Of a stretch of DNA of 64,000 nucleotides, positions 17,059 through 27,080 are shown one piece after another (within the stretch, counting starts at the first letter, position 1; each line of letters opens with the position of its first letter). This DNA comes from Anaerolineae bacterium (GTDB lineage Bacteria > Chloroflexota > Anaerolineae > Aggregatilineales > Phototrophicaceae): contig DAOTTZ010000029.1 of assembly GCA_034437535.1 (NCBI GenBank), positions 6,367 through 70,366 of the forward strand, read 5' to 3'. The notes beneath the pieces were generated by a model, which saw only the letters and a program-made list of their open reading frames with translations, made no database searches and was not told the DNA's origin. A program made the position numbers and the translations under genes.

Positions 17059-19278
17059 ATGAAAAAACGACTCTTTTTGCTACTCTTCCTTTTGCTTTCC
17101 AGCGTCGGCATCGCCCAGGCCCAGGATATAATCGACCCGCCCTGTTGTGGTGTGTTTACCGATCCATCCTGGCTCAAGATTGATTATCAACGTGTGACGG
17201 TCGATATTGAAAACCAGATCGCCACGACCAACGTCGATATGCAATTCACCAACGAGGGCGACGGATTGGCCGAAGGTACATTTATCTTCCCCCTGCCGCA
17301 AGAAGCCGCCATCGACCAGTTGACCATGTTCATCGACGGCCAGCCGATTGAGGCCAAGATCCTACCAGCGGGGGAAGCACGCGAGATCTACGATGCCATC
17401 GTGCGCCAATACCGTGACCCGGCCCTGCTGGAATACATCGGCAATAGCGCGATCCAGGCCAACGTTTTCCCCATCCCGCCCGGCGAATCACGCCGGATTG
17501 AATTCAGCTACAGCCAGATTCTCGAAGTGGAAAACGGCCTGATTCAATACACCTTCCCGATGAACAGCGACACACTATCCTCACGGAGCATCGGGCTGAT
17601 GAGCATCAGCGTGACGGTCGATGGCAACGACCCGATCAGCAATGTTTATTCACCAACTCACAACATCGGCACCATCATCGACGACGGCCCACGCCCGACC
17701 GGCTTCCGCACCAGTTGGGAAGCCAGCAATTACAACGAGGGCGAAGACTTCAACCTGTTCTACGGGTTGGCGCAAGATACCATCAACGTCAATCTGCTAA
17801 CCTACCGGGAAAGCGCGTTAGAAGACGGCTTCTTCATGTTGCTGGTTCAGCCCCCCTTCACCGTGCCGGATGATGAGGTCATCGCCAAAGACGTCATCAT
17901 CGTGCTGGATCAATCCGGCAGTATGAGTGGCGAAAAGTGGGATCAAGCGACGGAAGCGACCGGCTACGTGCTGGAAAACCTCAACGCGCAAGACCGCTTT
18001 AACGTGGTGATGTTCAGCACCGGTGCCCGCATCTACAGCCGCGAACTCGAACCGGCGTCTAACGCGGATGAGGCTATCGACTGGGTAGACAACAACTTCC
18101 CGGAGGGCGGCACCAACATCAACGAGGCCCTGCTGACGGCCATCGACCAGGCCGACCCCGACCGTGAGACGACCATTCTATTCCTCACCGATGGATTAGC
18201 GACCGAAGGCGTAATCTACACCGATGAGATCCTGGCGAACCTGCAAGCCGCCGAGGCCGATAAGGTGCGCATCTTCACCTTTGGTGTGGGCGATGATGTC
18301 GATACCTTCCTGCTGGATCAAATCGTGCAGGATTATCGCGGCACCAGTTCTTATGTGCGCCCGTTCGAGCGCATCGAGGAAGAGGTCGCCAGCCTGTACA
18401 ACAAGATCAGTGCCCCGGTGCTAACCAGTATCGACCTGGACTTCGGCGCGGCCTTTGTCGAATTGCTCTACCCACAGACTGTGACCGACCTATTCGCCGG
18501 GGAGCAACTGACCATCGTCGGGCGTTACCGTGATGGCATCGAAGACTTCACACTGACGCTCAGCGGCGAGGTCAACGGCGAGACCCAACGCTTCCTCTAT
18601 GACGGGCTGGAACTGCGCGAGCGGGCCGGCGGTGAAGCCTTCGTAGCGCGGCTGTGGGCTACCCGCCGCATCGGGGATCTGCTGACTTCGATCCGGCTCA
18701 ATGGTGAAAGCGACGAGTTGGTCGATAGCATCGTGGATCTCAGCGTGCGCTATGGCATCATCACGCCTTACACCAGCTTCTTGATCGAAGAAGACGACAT
18801 CCTGACGCAGACCGGGCGTGACCGGGCCGAAGAAGGCTTCGCACAAGAGGCGGAAGAACTGGCCGGTGTTGCCAGCGGCCAGGGCGCGGTGGATGCGGCG
18901 GATGACATCGGCGGCCTGCGAGATGCCAACGCCCCGGCGGCCATGCCAACGGCTCCCAACATCCAGCAAGCGGCCCCTGCCGACATGGAAATGGAAGGGG
19001 AAGCCTTCGATGAAGCTCTCAGCAGTGGCGAGCAACGCCGCCAGGATAACGCCCTCACCACCGTCGAAGATAAGACCTTCATCCAGGTGAATGGGGTATG
19101 GACGGATACAACCTTCGAACCGGATACCATGACCACCGAGCAGATCGTCTTCCTCAGCGATGCATACTTCGACCTGCTGACGGAAATCCCGGAACTGGGC
19201 GATTATCTGGCCCTGGGTGAGCGTGTGATCGTGGTCTATGATGGCACCGCCTACGAGATCGTGGCAGACGAAAGTTAA
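17059..19278 (+). CDS. secreted VIT-VWA domain protein (inter-alpha-trypsin-inhibitor-like)
   Basis: Signal peptide MKKRLFLLLFLLLSSVGIAQA. N-terminal VIT-like region, then a VWA domain with MIDAS (VIIVLDQSGSMSG...FLTDG...). Confidence 0.8.
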   Translation: MKKRLFLLLFLLLSSVGIAQAQDIIDPPCCGVFTDPSWLKIDYQRVTVDIENQIATTNVDMQFTNEGDGLAEGTFIFPLPQEAAIDQLTMFIDGQPIEAKILPAGEAREIYDAIVRQYRDPALLEYIGNSAIQANVFPIPPGESRRIEFSYSQILEVENGLIQYTFPMNSDTLSSRSIGLMSISVTVDGNDPISNVYSPTHNIGTIIDDGPRPTGFRTSWEASNYNEGEDFNLFYGLAQDTINVNLLTYRESALEDGFFMLLVQPPFTVPDDEVIAKDVIIVLDQSGSMSGEKWDQATEATGYVLENLNAQDRFNVVMFSTGARIYSRELEPASNADEAIDWVDNNFPEGGTNINEALLTAIDQADPDRETTILFLTDGLATEGVIYTDEILANLQAAEADKVRIFTFGVGDDVDTFLLDQIVQDYRGTSSYVRPFERIEEEVASLYNKISAPVLTSIDLDFGAAFVELLYPQTVTDLFAGEQLTIVGRYRDGIEDFTLTLSGEVNGETQRFLYDGLELRERAGGEAFVARLWATRRIGDLLTSIRLNGESDELVDSIVDLSVRYGIITPYTSFLIEEDDILTQTGRDRAEEGFAQEAEELAGVASGQGAVDAADDIGGLRDANAPAAMPTAPNIQQAAPADMEMEGEAFDEALSSGEQRRQDNALTTVEDKTFIQVNGVWTDTTFEPDTMTTEQIVFLSDAYFDLLTEIPELGDYLALGERVIVVYDGTAYEIVADES

Positions 19279-19294
19279 TCCGCTACAATAGCAA

Positions 19295-19322
19295 GGGCAT
19301 GGTCAACCACCATGCCCTTTTT
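19295..19322 (+). terminator. rho-independent terminator after the VIT-VWA gene
   Basis: GGGCATGG-(7 nt)-CCATGCCC followed by TTTTTG. Confidence 0.7.
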
Positions 19323-19353
19323 GATTCTTAAGCTGCGAAAGGCGTGCTTTGTG

Positions 19354-19686
19354 ATGGAGTTCGAGCAAGTTTATATCGTTAACACGGTGCCGGAAGAAAA
19401 TCTGGCCGATGTGCTGGATGCCATCTCCGCCGCCGGGGGTGGGATCGTCGGCCATTACACCCACTGCGCGTTTACCAATGCGGGCGTCGGTCGCTTCAAG
19501 CCGTCAGACGCGGCCACACCCCACAGCGGGAGCGTCAACCAGATCAACGCGGAGCCAGAATGGCGCATCGAGACGTTCTGCCGCCGTGACCAGGCCAGGG
19601 CCGTTGTCGAAGCCATCCACCAGGCCCACCCCTACGAAGAACCCGTCATCTACGTCTTGCCGCTTTTAGACGTAAATGCGTTATAA
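19354..19686 (+). CDS. CutA/PII-like (GlnB-like superfamily) small protein
   Basis: QVYIVNTVPEENLADVLDAISAAGGG and C-terminal ...AIHQAHPYEEPVIYVLPL resemble CutA ([21 protein letters not shown] ... HPYxxPE..LP). ATG 19354 chosen because ATG 19312 lies inside the upstream terminator hairpin. Confidence 0.5.
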   Translation: MEFEQVYIVNTVPEENLADVLDAISAAGGGIVGHYTHCAFTNAGVGRFKPSDAATPHSGSVNQINAEPEWRIETFCRRDQARAVVEAIHQAHPYEEPVIYVLPLLDVNAL

Positions 19687-19726
19687 TACCCGCGTGACTA
19701 TCTGCGGAAGCGAAGGATGAGCGTTT

Positions 19727-21268
19727 ATGACCAAGAAAAAGCCTCAGGATCCCTTCATCGGTAAGACCCTGGGCGACTACAAATTAACCAGTGTGCTGGC
19801 AACCGGTGGTATGGCGCGTATCTACGTTGGTAAAGACATCAACCTGGGCCGCGAAGCCGCCGTCAAAGTGCTGACTCAAGAGATGATCGAGTCCGACTCT
19901 TTCCTGAGAGAACGCTTCCTGCGGGAAGCGCGGGCGGTCGCGGTGTTAGATCACCCCAACATCATCCCGATCTTCCAGTATGGTGAGGAAGAAGACTTTT
20001 ACTTCCTGGTGATGAAGTTGGTGCGCGGGCGAGATTTTGCCGACGAGATCGGCGATTTGCAACGCCAGGGCGAGCGCATGACGATCAAGCGCATGTTGCA
20101 CATTCTCTCTCAGACTGCCGCCGCGCTGGATGCCGCCCACGAAGCCGGGATTATCCACCGCGATGTCAAGCCGTCCAACATCTTGCTGGAAGAAGAGACC
20201 GACCGCGCCATCCTGACCGATTTCGGCCTGGTCTTACAACAGACCGAGATCGACAAGACGATGGGCACCGCCTTCGGCACGCCGCGTTACATCTCGCCGG
20301 AGCAAGCTCTCGCTTCGGAAAGTGTGGTACCCCAGAGCGATATTTATTCGCTGGGTGTCATCGTCTACGAGATCGTCACCGGCAGTCAGGTCTTCCGGGC
20401 GGATACCGCGATGCAGATCGCGCTGAGTCACATCAGCGAGCCGCCCCCCGCGCCAACCACCATCAACCCGGATATTTCAAAGGCGGTCGAGCGCGAGATC
20501 TTGAAAGCACTGGAAAAAGAACCGGAAAACCGGCACCAGACTGCGATGGAATTTGTCGAGGCGTTGGCGGCGGCCTATGGTGAAGAACTGGATATGCCCA
20601 CCAGTGTCGGCACCCGTTCCAGGCCGGCTAAACCCACCGCCAGCCCGCAAGCCACCGCACCGGCGGGTAGCTCCCCGCCTGCCGAAAAAGCTGGATCATC
20701 GCGCACGTTGTTATTTGGTGGCATTGGCGCGGTCATCTTGCTGGCGATTATCGGCTTGCTTGTGCTGGGTGGTGGCGGGGGCGATGATGACAACGACGCC
20801 CCCGACTCTGAGTTTGGCGGCACGGTGGTCGAAGTCGAGGCGATAGAGCCAGTCGTCGCGGAGGTCGTCACCGGCGAAGCGCAACCCCTGACCGCCAATT
20901 ACAACGGCTCGGCCTTCGCCCTGGTCAACACGGCGGAAGTCCCGGTCTCGTTGATCGACTTCCAGGCCGAACGCAGTGGTGCCCTCAGCCTGGAAGGCAC
21001 CCGCGATGTGAACGGGCAACGCCTGGAAAGTGGGGAATGCTTGCTCGTCGTTTCCGCCACGACCCGCGTCGAGATCCCCGAAGACTGGAATTGTACCGAG
21101 GTGCGAAACGAAATCGTGCGCTACCCGGAGTCGTTGTTCTTCCGGGAAGCAAGCGATACCTTCGGTGTGACCTTGCCCGACGAAACCGTCGTGGATTGCC
21201 CGACGACGATTGACAGCGCACAAACCTGTGATCTCAGCCTGCCAGCCATCGTCACGAGCGACGAATAA
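19727..21268 (+). CDS. Hanks-type Ser/Thr protein kinase with TM helix and extracellular C-terminal domain
   Basis: GGMARIYVG...AVKVL (Gly loop and Lys), HRDVKPSNILL, DFG, SPEQ. Pro/Ala-rich linker, TM LLFGGIGAVILLAIIGLLVLG, then ~150 aa extracytoplasmic domain. Confidence 0.9.
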   Translation: MTKKKPQDPFIGKTLGDYKLTSVLATGGMARIYVGKDINLGREAAVKVLTQEMIESDSFLRERFLREARAVAVLDHPNIIPIFQYGEEEDFYFLVMKLVRGRDFADEIGDLQRQGERMTIKRMLHILSQTAAALDAAHEAGIIHRDVKPSNILLEEETDRAILTDFGLVLQQTEIDKTMGTAFGTPRYISPEQALASESVVPQSDIYSLGVIVYEIVTGSQVFRADTAMQIALSHISEPPPAPTTINPDISKAVEREILKALEKEPENRHQTAMEFVEALAAAYGEELDMPTSVGTRSRPAKPTASPQATAPAGSSPPAEKAGSSRTLLFGGIGAVILLAIIGLLVLGGGGGDDDNDAPDSEFGGTVVEVEAIEPVVAEVVTGEAQPLTANYNGSAFALVNTAEVPVSLIDFQAERSGALSLEGTRDVNGQRLESGECLLVVSATTRVEIPEDWNCTEVRNEIVRYPESLFFREASDTFGVTLPDETVVDCPTTIDSAQTCDLSLPAIVTSDE

Positions 21269-21347
21269 CCGACGATCAAACGACGTAGACTTTTCAAAGC
21301 GGGAACGGACTCATACAATATAGATGCATTCGTCCCCGGAGTTGTGA

Positions 21348-22766
21348 GTGAAGATAAGCATGGTGAAGAGTCCGCACTTCAAGAGTTTCTTATTCGTCGT
21401 TTGGCTCAGTTTGTTCTCATTGGCCTGTACGCTTTCGTCTGGCCCGTCAGATGATCCGCTCATCATCGAGCCGCGCATCAATGGCGCGACGGCCACACCG
21501 CAACCGCCCCTGGCGTTTTCCACACCGATGCCCGGCACCGAGCAAGCCCCGCTTGTCTCCGAAAGCCAGCAAGAGCGCATCGAAGTGGAGATGTTCAACC
21601 TGCTGAACCAGGTGCAATCTGACCGGATGATGTCGCACATCGCGACGCTGGTCGGCTTCCACACGCGCCACGTCAACAGTGCCGGCAGTCAGGCTGATTA
21701 CGGCGTTACAGCGGCGGCAGATTACATCTATAGCCAATTCCAGCAGATTCAGGCACAATCACCGAACACCTTCAGCGTGTTCGAACAACCCTTCCAGGTG
21801 GAATATAACGGCGTCCGCACCACCCAACGCAACATCGTCGGCGTGCTGAATGGCACCGATGTGGGCGCAGGTGTGATCGTGGTCGGTGCCCATTACGATA
21901 GCCGCACCTGGGATCTGAGCGACTCGCAGGCTTACGCGCCCGGCGCGGCAGATAACGGCTCTGGCGTGGCGGCGGTCATCGAGATGGCCCGCATCATGAG
22001 TGACGAACCCCGCCGCGCCTCGATCATGTTCGTGCTGTTCGCGGCGGAAGAGATCGGCGCGGAAGGCAGTAAAGCTTTCATCCGGGAGTACCTACAAAAT
22101 TACAACGTGCAAGATGTGGTGATGGTTAACATTGACACCATCGGCAGTTATAACGATTCCGCTGGCAACATCGACGCGGAAAACTTGCGCCTGTTTTCCT
22201 CCCCTGGCGTGCAGAACCCCAACGCATCACCGGCCCGGCAGTTGGCCCGAAGCCTGGACTTCATCGCCTATAATCATGATCTCAACCTGGAAATTGCCAT
22301 GCAGAACACCATCGACCGCGAAGGCCGCTTTGGTGACCATAACTCATTCGACGATGCCGGCTATCCGGCGGTGCGCTTTATCGAAGCGTTGGAAGACACC
22401 GAAAACCGCGAAGGCAACGACACCATCGACAAGATCGAAGCGGCGTACATGGTCGATGCCACTCGTACCCTGCTGGGCATCCTGGAAGCCCTCTCCAACG
22501 GGCCACCGCCACCCCGTAACCTGAGTCTGCGGGGTGATGGCGGCACATTGGGCACACTGGTATGGGAGCCGATCCCGGATGCGGCCAGTTATGTGGTGGC
22601 CGTTCGCCCTGCTAACGCGCTGAACTTCACCCTGCACTTCCCGACGACTGACAACCGCACCAACGCCTGGGATGGCTGGTGGGCGTATGAAGCGGTGGCC
22701 GTCGCCGCCGTTGATGCACAGGGCCGCATCGGACGCTTTTCCGAAGAATTAAAGGTGAATCGCTAA
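21348..22766 (+). CDS. M28-family aminopeptidase (lipoprotein-type signal) with C-terminal beta domain
   Basis: Signal plus Cys (LFSLAC). M28 metal-ligand motifs GAHYDS, DNGSGVAAVIE, AAEEIGAEGS, GDHNSF. Start is GTG 21348 or ATG 21360. Confidence 0.8.
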   Translation: MKISMVKSPHFKSFLFVVWLSLFSLACTLSSGPSDDPLIIEPRINGATATPQPPLAFSTPMPGTEQAPLVSESQQERIEVEMFNLLNQVQSDRMMSHIATLVGFHTRHVNSAGSQADYGVTAAADYIYSQFQQIQAQSPNTFSVFEQPFQVEYNGVRTTQRNIVGVLNGTDVGAGVIVVGAHYDSRTWDLSDSQAYAPGAADNGSGVAAVIEMARIMSDEPRRASIMFVLFAAEEIGAEGSKAFIREYLQNYNVQDVVMVNIDTIGSYNDSAGNIDAENLRLFSSPGVQNPNASPARQLARSLDFIAYNHDLNLEIAMQNTIDREGRFGDHNSFDDAGYPAVRFIEALEDTENREGNDTIDKIEAAYMVDATRTLLGILEALSNGPPPPRNLSLRGDGGTLGTLVWEPIPDAASYVVAVRPANALNFTLHFPTTDNRTNAWDGWWAYEAVAVAAVDAQGRIGRFSEELKVNR

Positions 22767-23072
22767 ATGTCAGAACCGATCAGCGCGGAAGAAGCGCGTG
22801 CTATCTTGCAGAATGCTATCATCGAACGACTCGGTGAGGACTGGGACGACGAACACATCGGCTGGACGCAAGTCAGCGGGCATGATTACATGGCCCGGCT
22901 GACCAATGGTCGCCAGACCATCGACTTTTATGTCGATCTGGTGGGCGAAGTCACCGTTCAAGAGCGCGACGACATCCCCAATACCGATACGGGGCGCGTT
23001 ACCGCGTGGATCGTACTGGGTACGTCGTTGTTCATCGCCTTCATGATCGCCCGATTCGGTGGGTTCATTTGA
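22767..23072 (+). CDS. hypothetical protein with C-terminal TM helix
   Basis: ATG placed directly after the upstream stop (TAAATG). C-terminal helix AWIVLGTSLFIAFMIARFGGFI. Confidence 0.45.
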   Translation: MSEPISAEEARAILQNAIIERLGEDWDDEHIGWTQVSGHDYMARLTNGRQTIDFYVDLVGEVTVQERDDIPNTDTGRVTAWIVLGTSLFIAFMIARFGGFI

Positions 23073-23074
23073 CG

Positions 23075-23491
23075 ATGGAGACCGTCACCATCCGCCCGGC
23101 GACACCCGATGACCTGGCCGCCATCACTGATTTCATCGCGCCGTTCGTGGCCGCCCGCACCCTGCTACCGCGCACCGTCGCGGAGCTTGGCGACCTGATC
23201 GACACATTATTCATCGCAGAGCAAGACGGCGTGCTGGTGGGGTGCGCCGCGCTGGAAATCTACTCCAACAAACTGGCGGAAGTCCGCAGTCTGGCCGTCT
23301 CCCCGAAGATGCAAGGGGCCGGGGTGGGCAAGCAGTTGGTCTCAGCGTGCGTCAAGCTGGCGCATGAACGGGCGGTCTTCGAAGTGATGGCGATTACCTC
23401 AAACGATCACTTCTTCCGCGCTTGCGGTTTTGATTGGACACTCCCCGGCGAACGAAAAGCCTTATTCTTGCAAACACGCGACGAAATGTGA
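23075..23491 (+). CDS. GNAT-family N-acetyltransferase
   Basis: ATG 23075, 2 nt after the upstream stop. GNAT motif A (LAVSPKMQGAGVGKQLV). Confidence 0.75.
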   Translation: METVTIRPATPDDLAAITDFIAPFVAARTLLPRTVAELGDLIDTLFIAEQDGVLVGCAALEIYSNKLAEVRSLAVSPKMQGAGVGKQLVSACVKLAHERAVFEVMAITSNDHFFRACGFDWTLPGERKALFLQTRDEM

Positions 23492-23542
23492 TTTATGTTA
23501 CAATATTGAAAAGACGCTCAACCTTCTAAGCGGTAGGGAATC

Positions 23543-24460
23543 GTGACTGACGAATTCGAGCCGGATATCTGGCGACTGCAAACGCAATACGACACGCAAG
23601 GGTTAGTCTCCGCGTTACAAAACAAAGATGTAAACATCCGGCGGCGGGCGGCGGCGGCGTTACGCGCCATCGGGGCCTATGAGGCACTCCCTCAGCTAGA
23701 AGCCGCGCTGGAAGGTGAAACCGACCCGGAAGCCCGCTCCACCATGATCTCCGCGATGGCGACCCTCAAGCAGGAGAAGCAATACCGCGAAGAACACCCG
23801 GATGACTTCTTCGAATTGGAACGCCCGCCGCGCATCGACCCGAAAATTCAAGCCCTCATCGACCGGCTGAATAGCGACAACCCGCAGACAGTCATCAAGG
23901 CCGCCCGGCTGTTGGCGAAAGCCGGCGATAAATCCGCCGTAGAGCCGTTAGTCCTGGTCTTCAACAACCTGGAGACCTCCATGCAGGTACGCCTGGCCGT
24001 CGCAGAAGCTCTGCTCACGCTGGAAAGTGCGCCGGTTGAAGTCGCGCTGTTAGGGGCGTTGCGCAGTGAAAATTGGCGGGTGCGCCGCAACGGAGCCGCC
24101 ATCCTGGGGCAATTAGGGGCGGAATGGGCCGTCGAGCCGCTCATCCGCACGTTGAGCGACGAAAAGCGCAGTGTGCGCCGCACCGCTTATGCCGCGCTGA
24201 AGGCCATCGGCACGCCAGCCGCCCTGGAAGCGTTGGAACGAGTCAAACGCCGGGCACAGCAACGCCAGCAGGCACAGGCGGACGAGGAGACACCGCCCAC
24301 CCTGGCGAACGACGAGACTCAACGCATCGAATGGCCGCGTGGTTGGCTCACCCGCACCAACGCACCGACCAAACCGCTTGATCCTAATGTGCTGGAAAAC
24401 AGCGACCATTACCAATCGCTCATGCAGGGCGATGACGACACATCCGACGACGAGTCATAA
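23543..24460 (+). CDS. HEAT-repeat (PBS-lyase-type) protein
   Basis: GTG start. Repeated ~31-aa units (VRRRAAAALRAIGAYEALPQL, VRRNGAAILGQLGAEWAVEPL, VRRTAYAALKAIGTPAALEAL). Confidence 0.7.
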   Translation: MTDEFEPDIWRLQTQYDTQGLVSALQNKDVNIRRRAAAALRAIGAYEALPQLEAALEGETDPEARSTMISAMATLKQEKQYREEHPDDFFELERPPRIDPKIQALIDRLNSDNPQTVIKAARLLAKAGDKSAVEPLVLVFNNLETSMQVRLAVAEALLTLESAPVEVALLGALRSENWRVRRNGAAILGQLGAEWAVEPLIRTLSDEKRSVRRTAYAALKAIGTPAALEALERVKRRAQQRQQAQADEETPPTLANDETQRIEWPRGWLTRTNAPTKPLDPNVLENSDHYQSLMQGDDDTSDDES

Positions 24461-24462
24461 GC

Positions 24463-25377
24463 CTAACCCCGCTTGAGCAACGCACGTAAGGCCGGTGTAA
24501 TCTGCGGGAATTGGAAATCGTACCCGGCAGATTGAAGCACCGACGGATAAACCCGCTGGCTATCAAGCACGCTGGTCGCCATCTCCCCCAGGGCCAACCA
24601 AAGCGCAAAAGCTGGTACCGGGATCAACGTGGGCCAGCGGCGCACCCGCCCGATGCTTGCCATTAAGTCCGCGTTCGTCACCGGGTAAGGCGCACAGATA
24701 TTCACCGGGCCATCGAGTGACTCGGCGGTCATCAAGAAGCGGATCGCCCCGCTGACATCGGCGTTATGGATCCAGGGCACCCACTGCTTGCCATCCCCCA
24801 GGCGGCGGCCCATGAAGGTCGTCCCCAGCACCATCGGCGGCAAGGCCCCACCCGCCGGGTCGATCACGATCCCAATCCGCAAGAGAACCCGCCGCACGCC
24901 CTGCGTCAGCACCGGGTCGGTTTCCGCCTCCCACAGCTTACATACTTCCGCCCGCCAGCCGGTGCCCGGTGTGGTGATCTCACCCAGCGATAGATCCCCG
25001 CGTGAGCCGTAATATCCCACCGCAGAGGCCTGAAGAAGCACCGCTGGTTTTTCTTCCGCCTGGGCGATAGCCTGAGTCACCGCCCGGCCAGCCGCCAGGC
25101 GGCTTTGCAAGACGATGCGCCGGTGGGTGAGCGTCCACCGCCAGTTTGCGACATTCTCCCCGGCTAGATTAATAATCGCGGTATCGGATGTGATGAGGTG
25201 GCCCCAGCCTTCCGGGCTGAGTGCGTCCCACTGCACCAGGCGCACCGCCGGGGCGAATACATCGTGCTTGTCCTGCACATTGCGCGTCAGGACGATGACC
25301 TCATGGCCGTCCTGTACCAGATCCGCGACCAACAACCGCCCGATCAAACCCGTACCGCCGGTAATTATGACTCGCAT
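24463..25377 (-). CDS. TIGR01777/SDR39U1-family epimerase-like NAD-binding protein (YfcH-like)
   Basis: MRVIITGGTGLIGRLL Rossmann motif. C-terminal DUF1731-like region. Confidence 0.75.
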   Translation of the reverse strand: MRVIITGGTGLIGRLLVADLVQDGHEVIVLTRNVQDKHDVFAPAVRLVQWDALSPEGWGHLITSDTAIINLAGENVANWRWTLTHRRIVLQSRLAAGRAVTQAIAQAEEKPAVLLQASAVGYYGSRGDLSLGEITTPGTGWRAEVCKLWEAETDPVLTQGVRRVLLRIGIVIDPAGGALPPMVLGTTFMGRRLGDGKQWVPWIHNADVSGAIRFLMTAESLDGPVNICAPYPVTNADLMASIGRVRRWPTLIPVPAFALWLALGEMATSVLDSQRVYPSVLQSAGYDFQFPQITPALRALLKRG

Positions 25378-25382
25378 AACGT

Positions 25383-25826
25383 TTACTTCCCCTCGTCGTC
25401 ATCACTGAGTTGCCCGCCCAGGGCATAGACCAGCACGCCAGCACATGCCAGCGCATAACTGGCGATGATGCCAGTCGCTTGCAATTGGCCGAGGACGTTG
25501 ATTTCGTCGAACGTCGTCCCGTGTGAGCCATAACCCAGCACATCGGCCAGGCCGGCCATCGCCGCCAGCACCAACCCCGTCATGGAAAGCCGCGTGCCGA
25601 TCTGTTGTGTCAGGTTGCTTTGCTGGCGCAGGTAAAATGTGAACTTCACATAGATCAACGCGCCGACGATAAACCAGCTAAAGCCAACCAGCAGGGCAAA
25701 GATCTGCACGATGCCGATGCCGGGAGTCGGCTCCAGGCCGGTCACACCGGGGAACAACCCCATCAGCATCAACACCGCCCCCAACGCCCCGATGGCGATG
25801 CCAAACTGTGCCAGACGGCCTATCAT
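25383..25826 (-). CDS. membrane protein, unknown function
   Basis: Four hydrophobic helices. ATGA overlap with the upstream dipeptidase gene. Confidence 0.5.
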   Translation of the reverse strand: MIGRLAQFGIAIGALGAVLMLMGLFPGVTGLEPTPGIGIVQIFALLVGFSWFIVGALIYVKFTFYLRQQSNLTQQIGTRLSMTGLVLAAMAGLADVLGYGSHGTTFDEINVLGQLQATGIIASYALACAGVLVYALGGQLSDDDEGK

Positions 25827-26896
25827 CGTGCCAGACTTTCTTTTAGCTTGCGGAGCATGTTGCCGCTTAAAATGGCGGCGATGGCGTCCGCGTCAAACCC
25901 ACGCCCGGCCAGCCCCTCGCGGAAGGCCCACAGGTCGCCCACCGTGTCAATCTCCGCCGGGATGCTCTCCGCACCGAAACCGCCGTCTAAATCACTACCG
26001 ATGCCGATATGCCGCGCACTACCCGTCACCTGGCACACATGGTCGATCACGTCTAACGCGGTCGTCAATGTGATGGCCCGTTTGCCATCAGTCTTACGCC
26101 ACCGATCATCCAAAAAGCGATTCCACAACGCCACCCCCATCACGCCGTCACGCTCCGCCAACCGCCGGATCATCGCGTCATCTAGGTGGCGGTCACTCGC
26201 GCAGAAGCGGCGCGGGTTGCTATGGCTGGCGATCACCGGGCCGGCGTACTGATCGAGAGCTTCATAAAATGCGTCTTCCGCCATATGAGAGACATCCAGC
26301 ACCACGTTGAAATCCATCAGGACATCCAGCAACTCGCGCCCCAGGTCGGTCAGGCGACCGGGTGCGCCGGTACCGGCAGTGTAACGGGTGGCTCGCCACG
26401 CCGGGCCGACGATCCGCACGCCGCGTTCGTACCACGCTTCGAACTGGCGCGGTTCCTGGATGGGGTCGGCATTTTCCATCAAGATGGCCAACCCCTGCAC
26501 GCGCTCGGTCAATGGTTGATCGGGTTCCCACGTCGCCAGCACCGCCGCAAGCTCGGCGGAAGAACGCACCAATTGCACCCGCGCTTCGTCATCCGCCAGC
26601 TTATGATAAAGATCCATCTGGGTCATCGCCAGCCGGTAAGCGGCCTGAGAATCAGCGTAGGTCACCGCATCCCAGGGATGGCTTTGGCGGCTGGCAGGCG
26701 CGGTGAAGATCGTGGCGAAGACCAGCGCAACCCGCCCGATCATCCCTTCCGGCAGGCCGAGCGTCACGGCACCCGCACGCGCCGGGATGTCCGTCCCGGC
26801 TTCCAGCCAACGCTTGCGGTAGGCACTGCGCCGGTAATCACGGCCAAAGCAGATTGTGTTATAGGCGATGTCCTGGTGCGCGTCTAAGATGTACAT
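25823..26896 (-). CDS. M19-family membrane dipeptidase
   Basis: ILDAHQDIAYN, DVSHMAEDAF, IASHSNPR, IGIGSDLDGG. These are the characteristic M19 metal-binding motifs. Confidence 0.8.
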   Translation of the reverse strand: MYILDAHQDIAYNTICFGRDYRRSAYRKRWLEAGTDIPARAGAVTLGLPEGMIGRVALVFATIFTAPASRQSHPWDAVTYADSQAAYRLAMTQMDLYHKLADDEARVQLVRSSAELAAVLATWEPDQPLTERVQGLAILMENADPIQEPRQFEAWYERGVRIVGPAWRATRYTAGTGAPGRLTDLGRELLDVLMDFNVVLDVSHMAEDAFYEALDQYAGPVIASHSNPRRFCASDRHLDDAMIRRLAERDGVMGVALWNRFLDDRWRKTDGKRAITLTTALDVIDHVCQVTGSARHIGIGSDLDGGFGAESIPAEIDTVGDLWAFREGLAGRGFDADAIAAILSGNMLRKLKESLAR

Positions 26897-27080
26897 GCCG
26901 GCTCCTGTGTCGAAATCTGCCCCTCATTGTAAAGCCCCCGGCAGGAAAAACCAAAACTCAATTTGAGGCCGAGACTTGTACAGCACTCATGCCAGATTAA
27001 AGTTTGGTGTGATATAACGTAAGAAACAGACGACAATACACATCAAAACATCGCAAGTTCAAATATTTGAGGGAATACGT

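Noticed and set aside
19312-19353. ATG 19312 as the start of the CutA-like gene
   Set aside because: This ATG lies inside the terminator hairpin of the VIT-VWA gene. ATG 19354 follows a GAAAGG RBS and gives a protein of typical CutA length.
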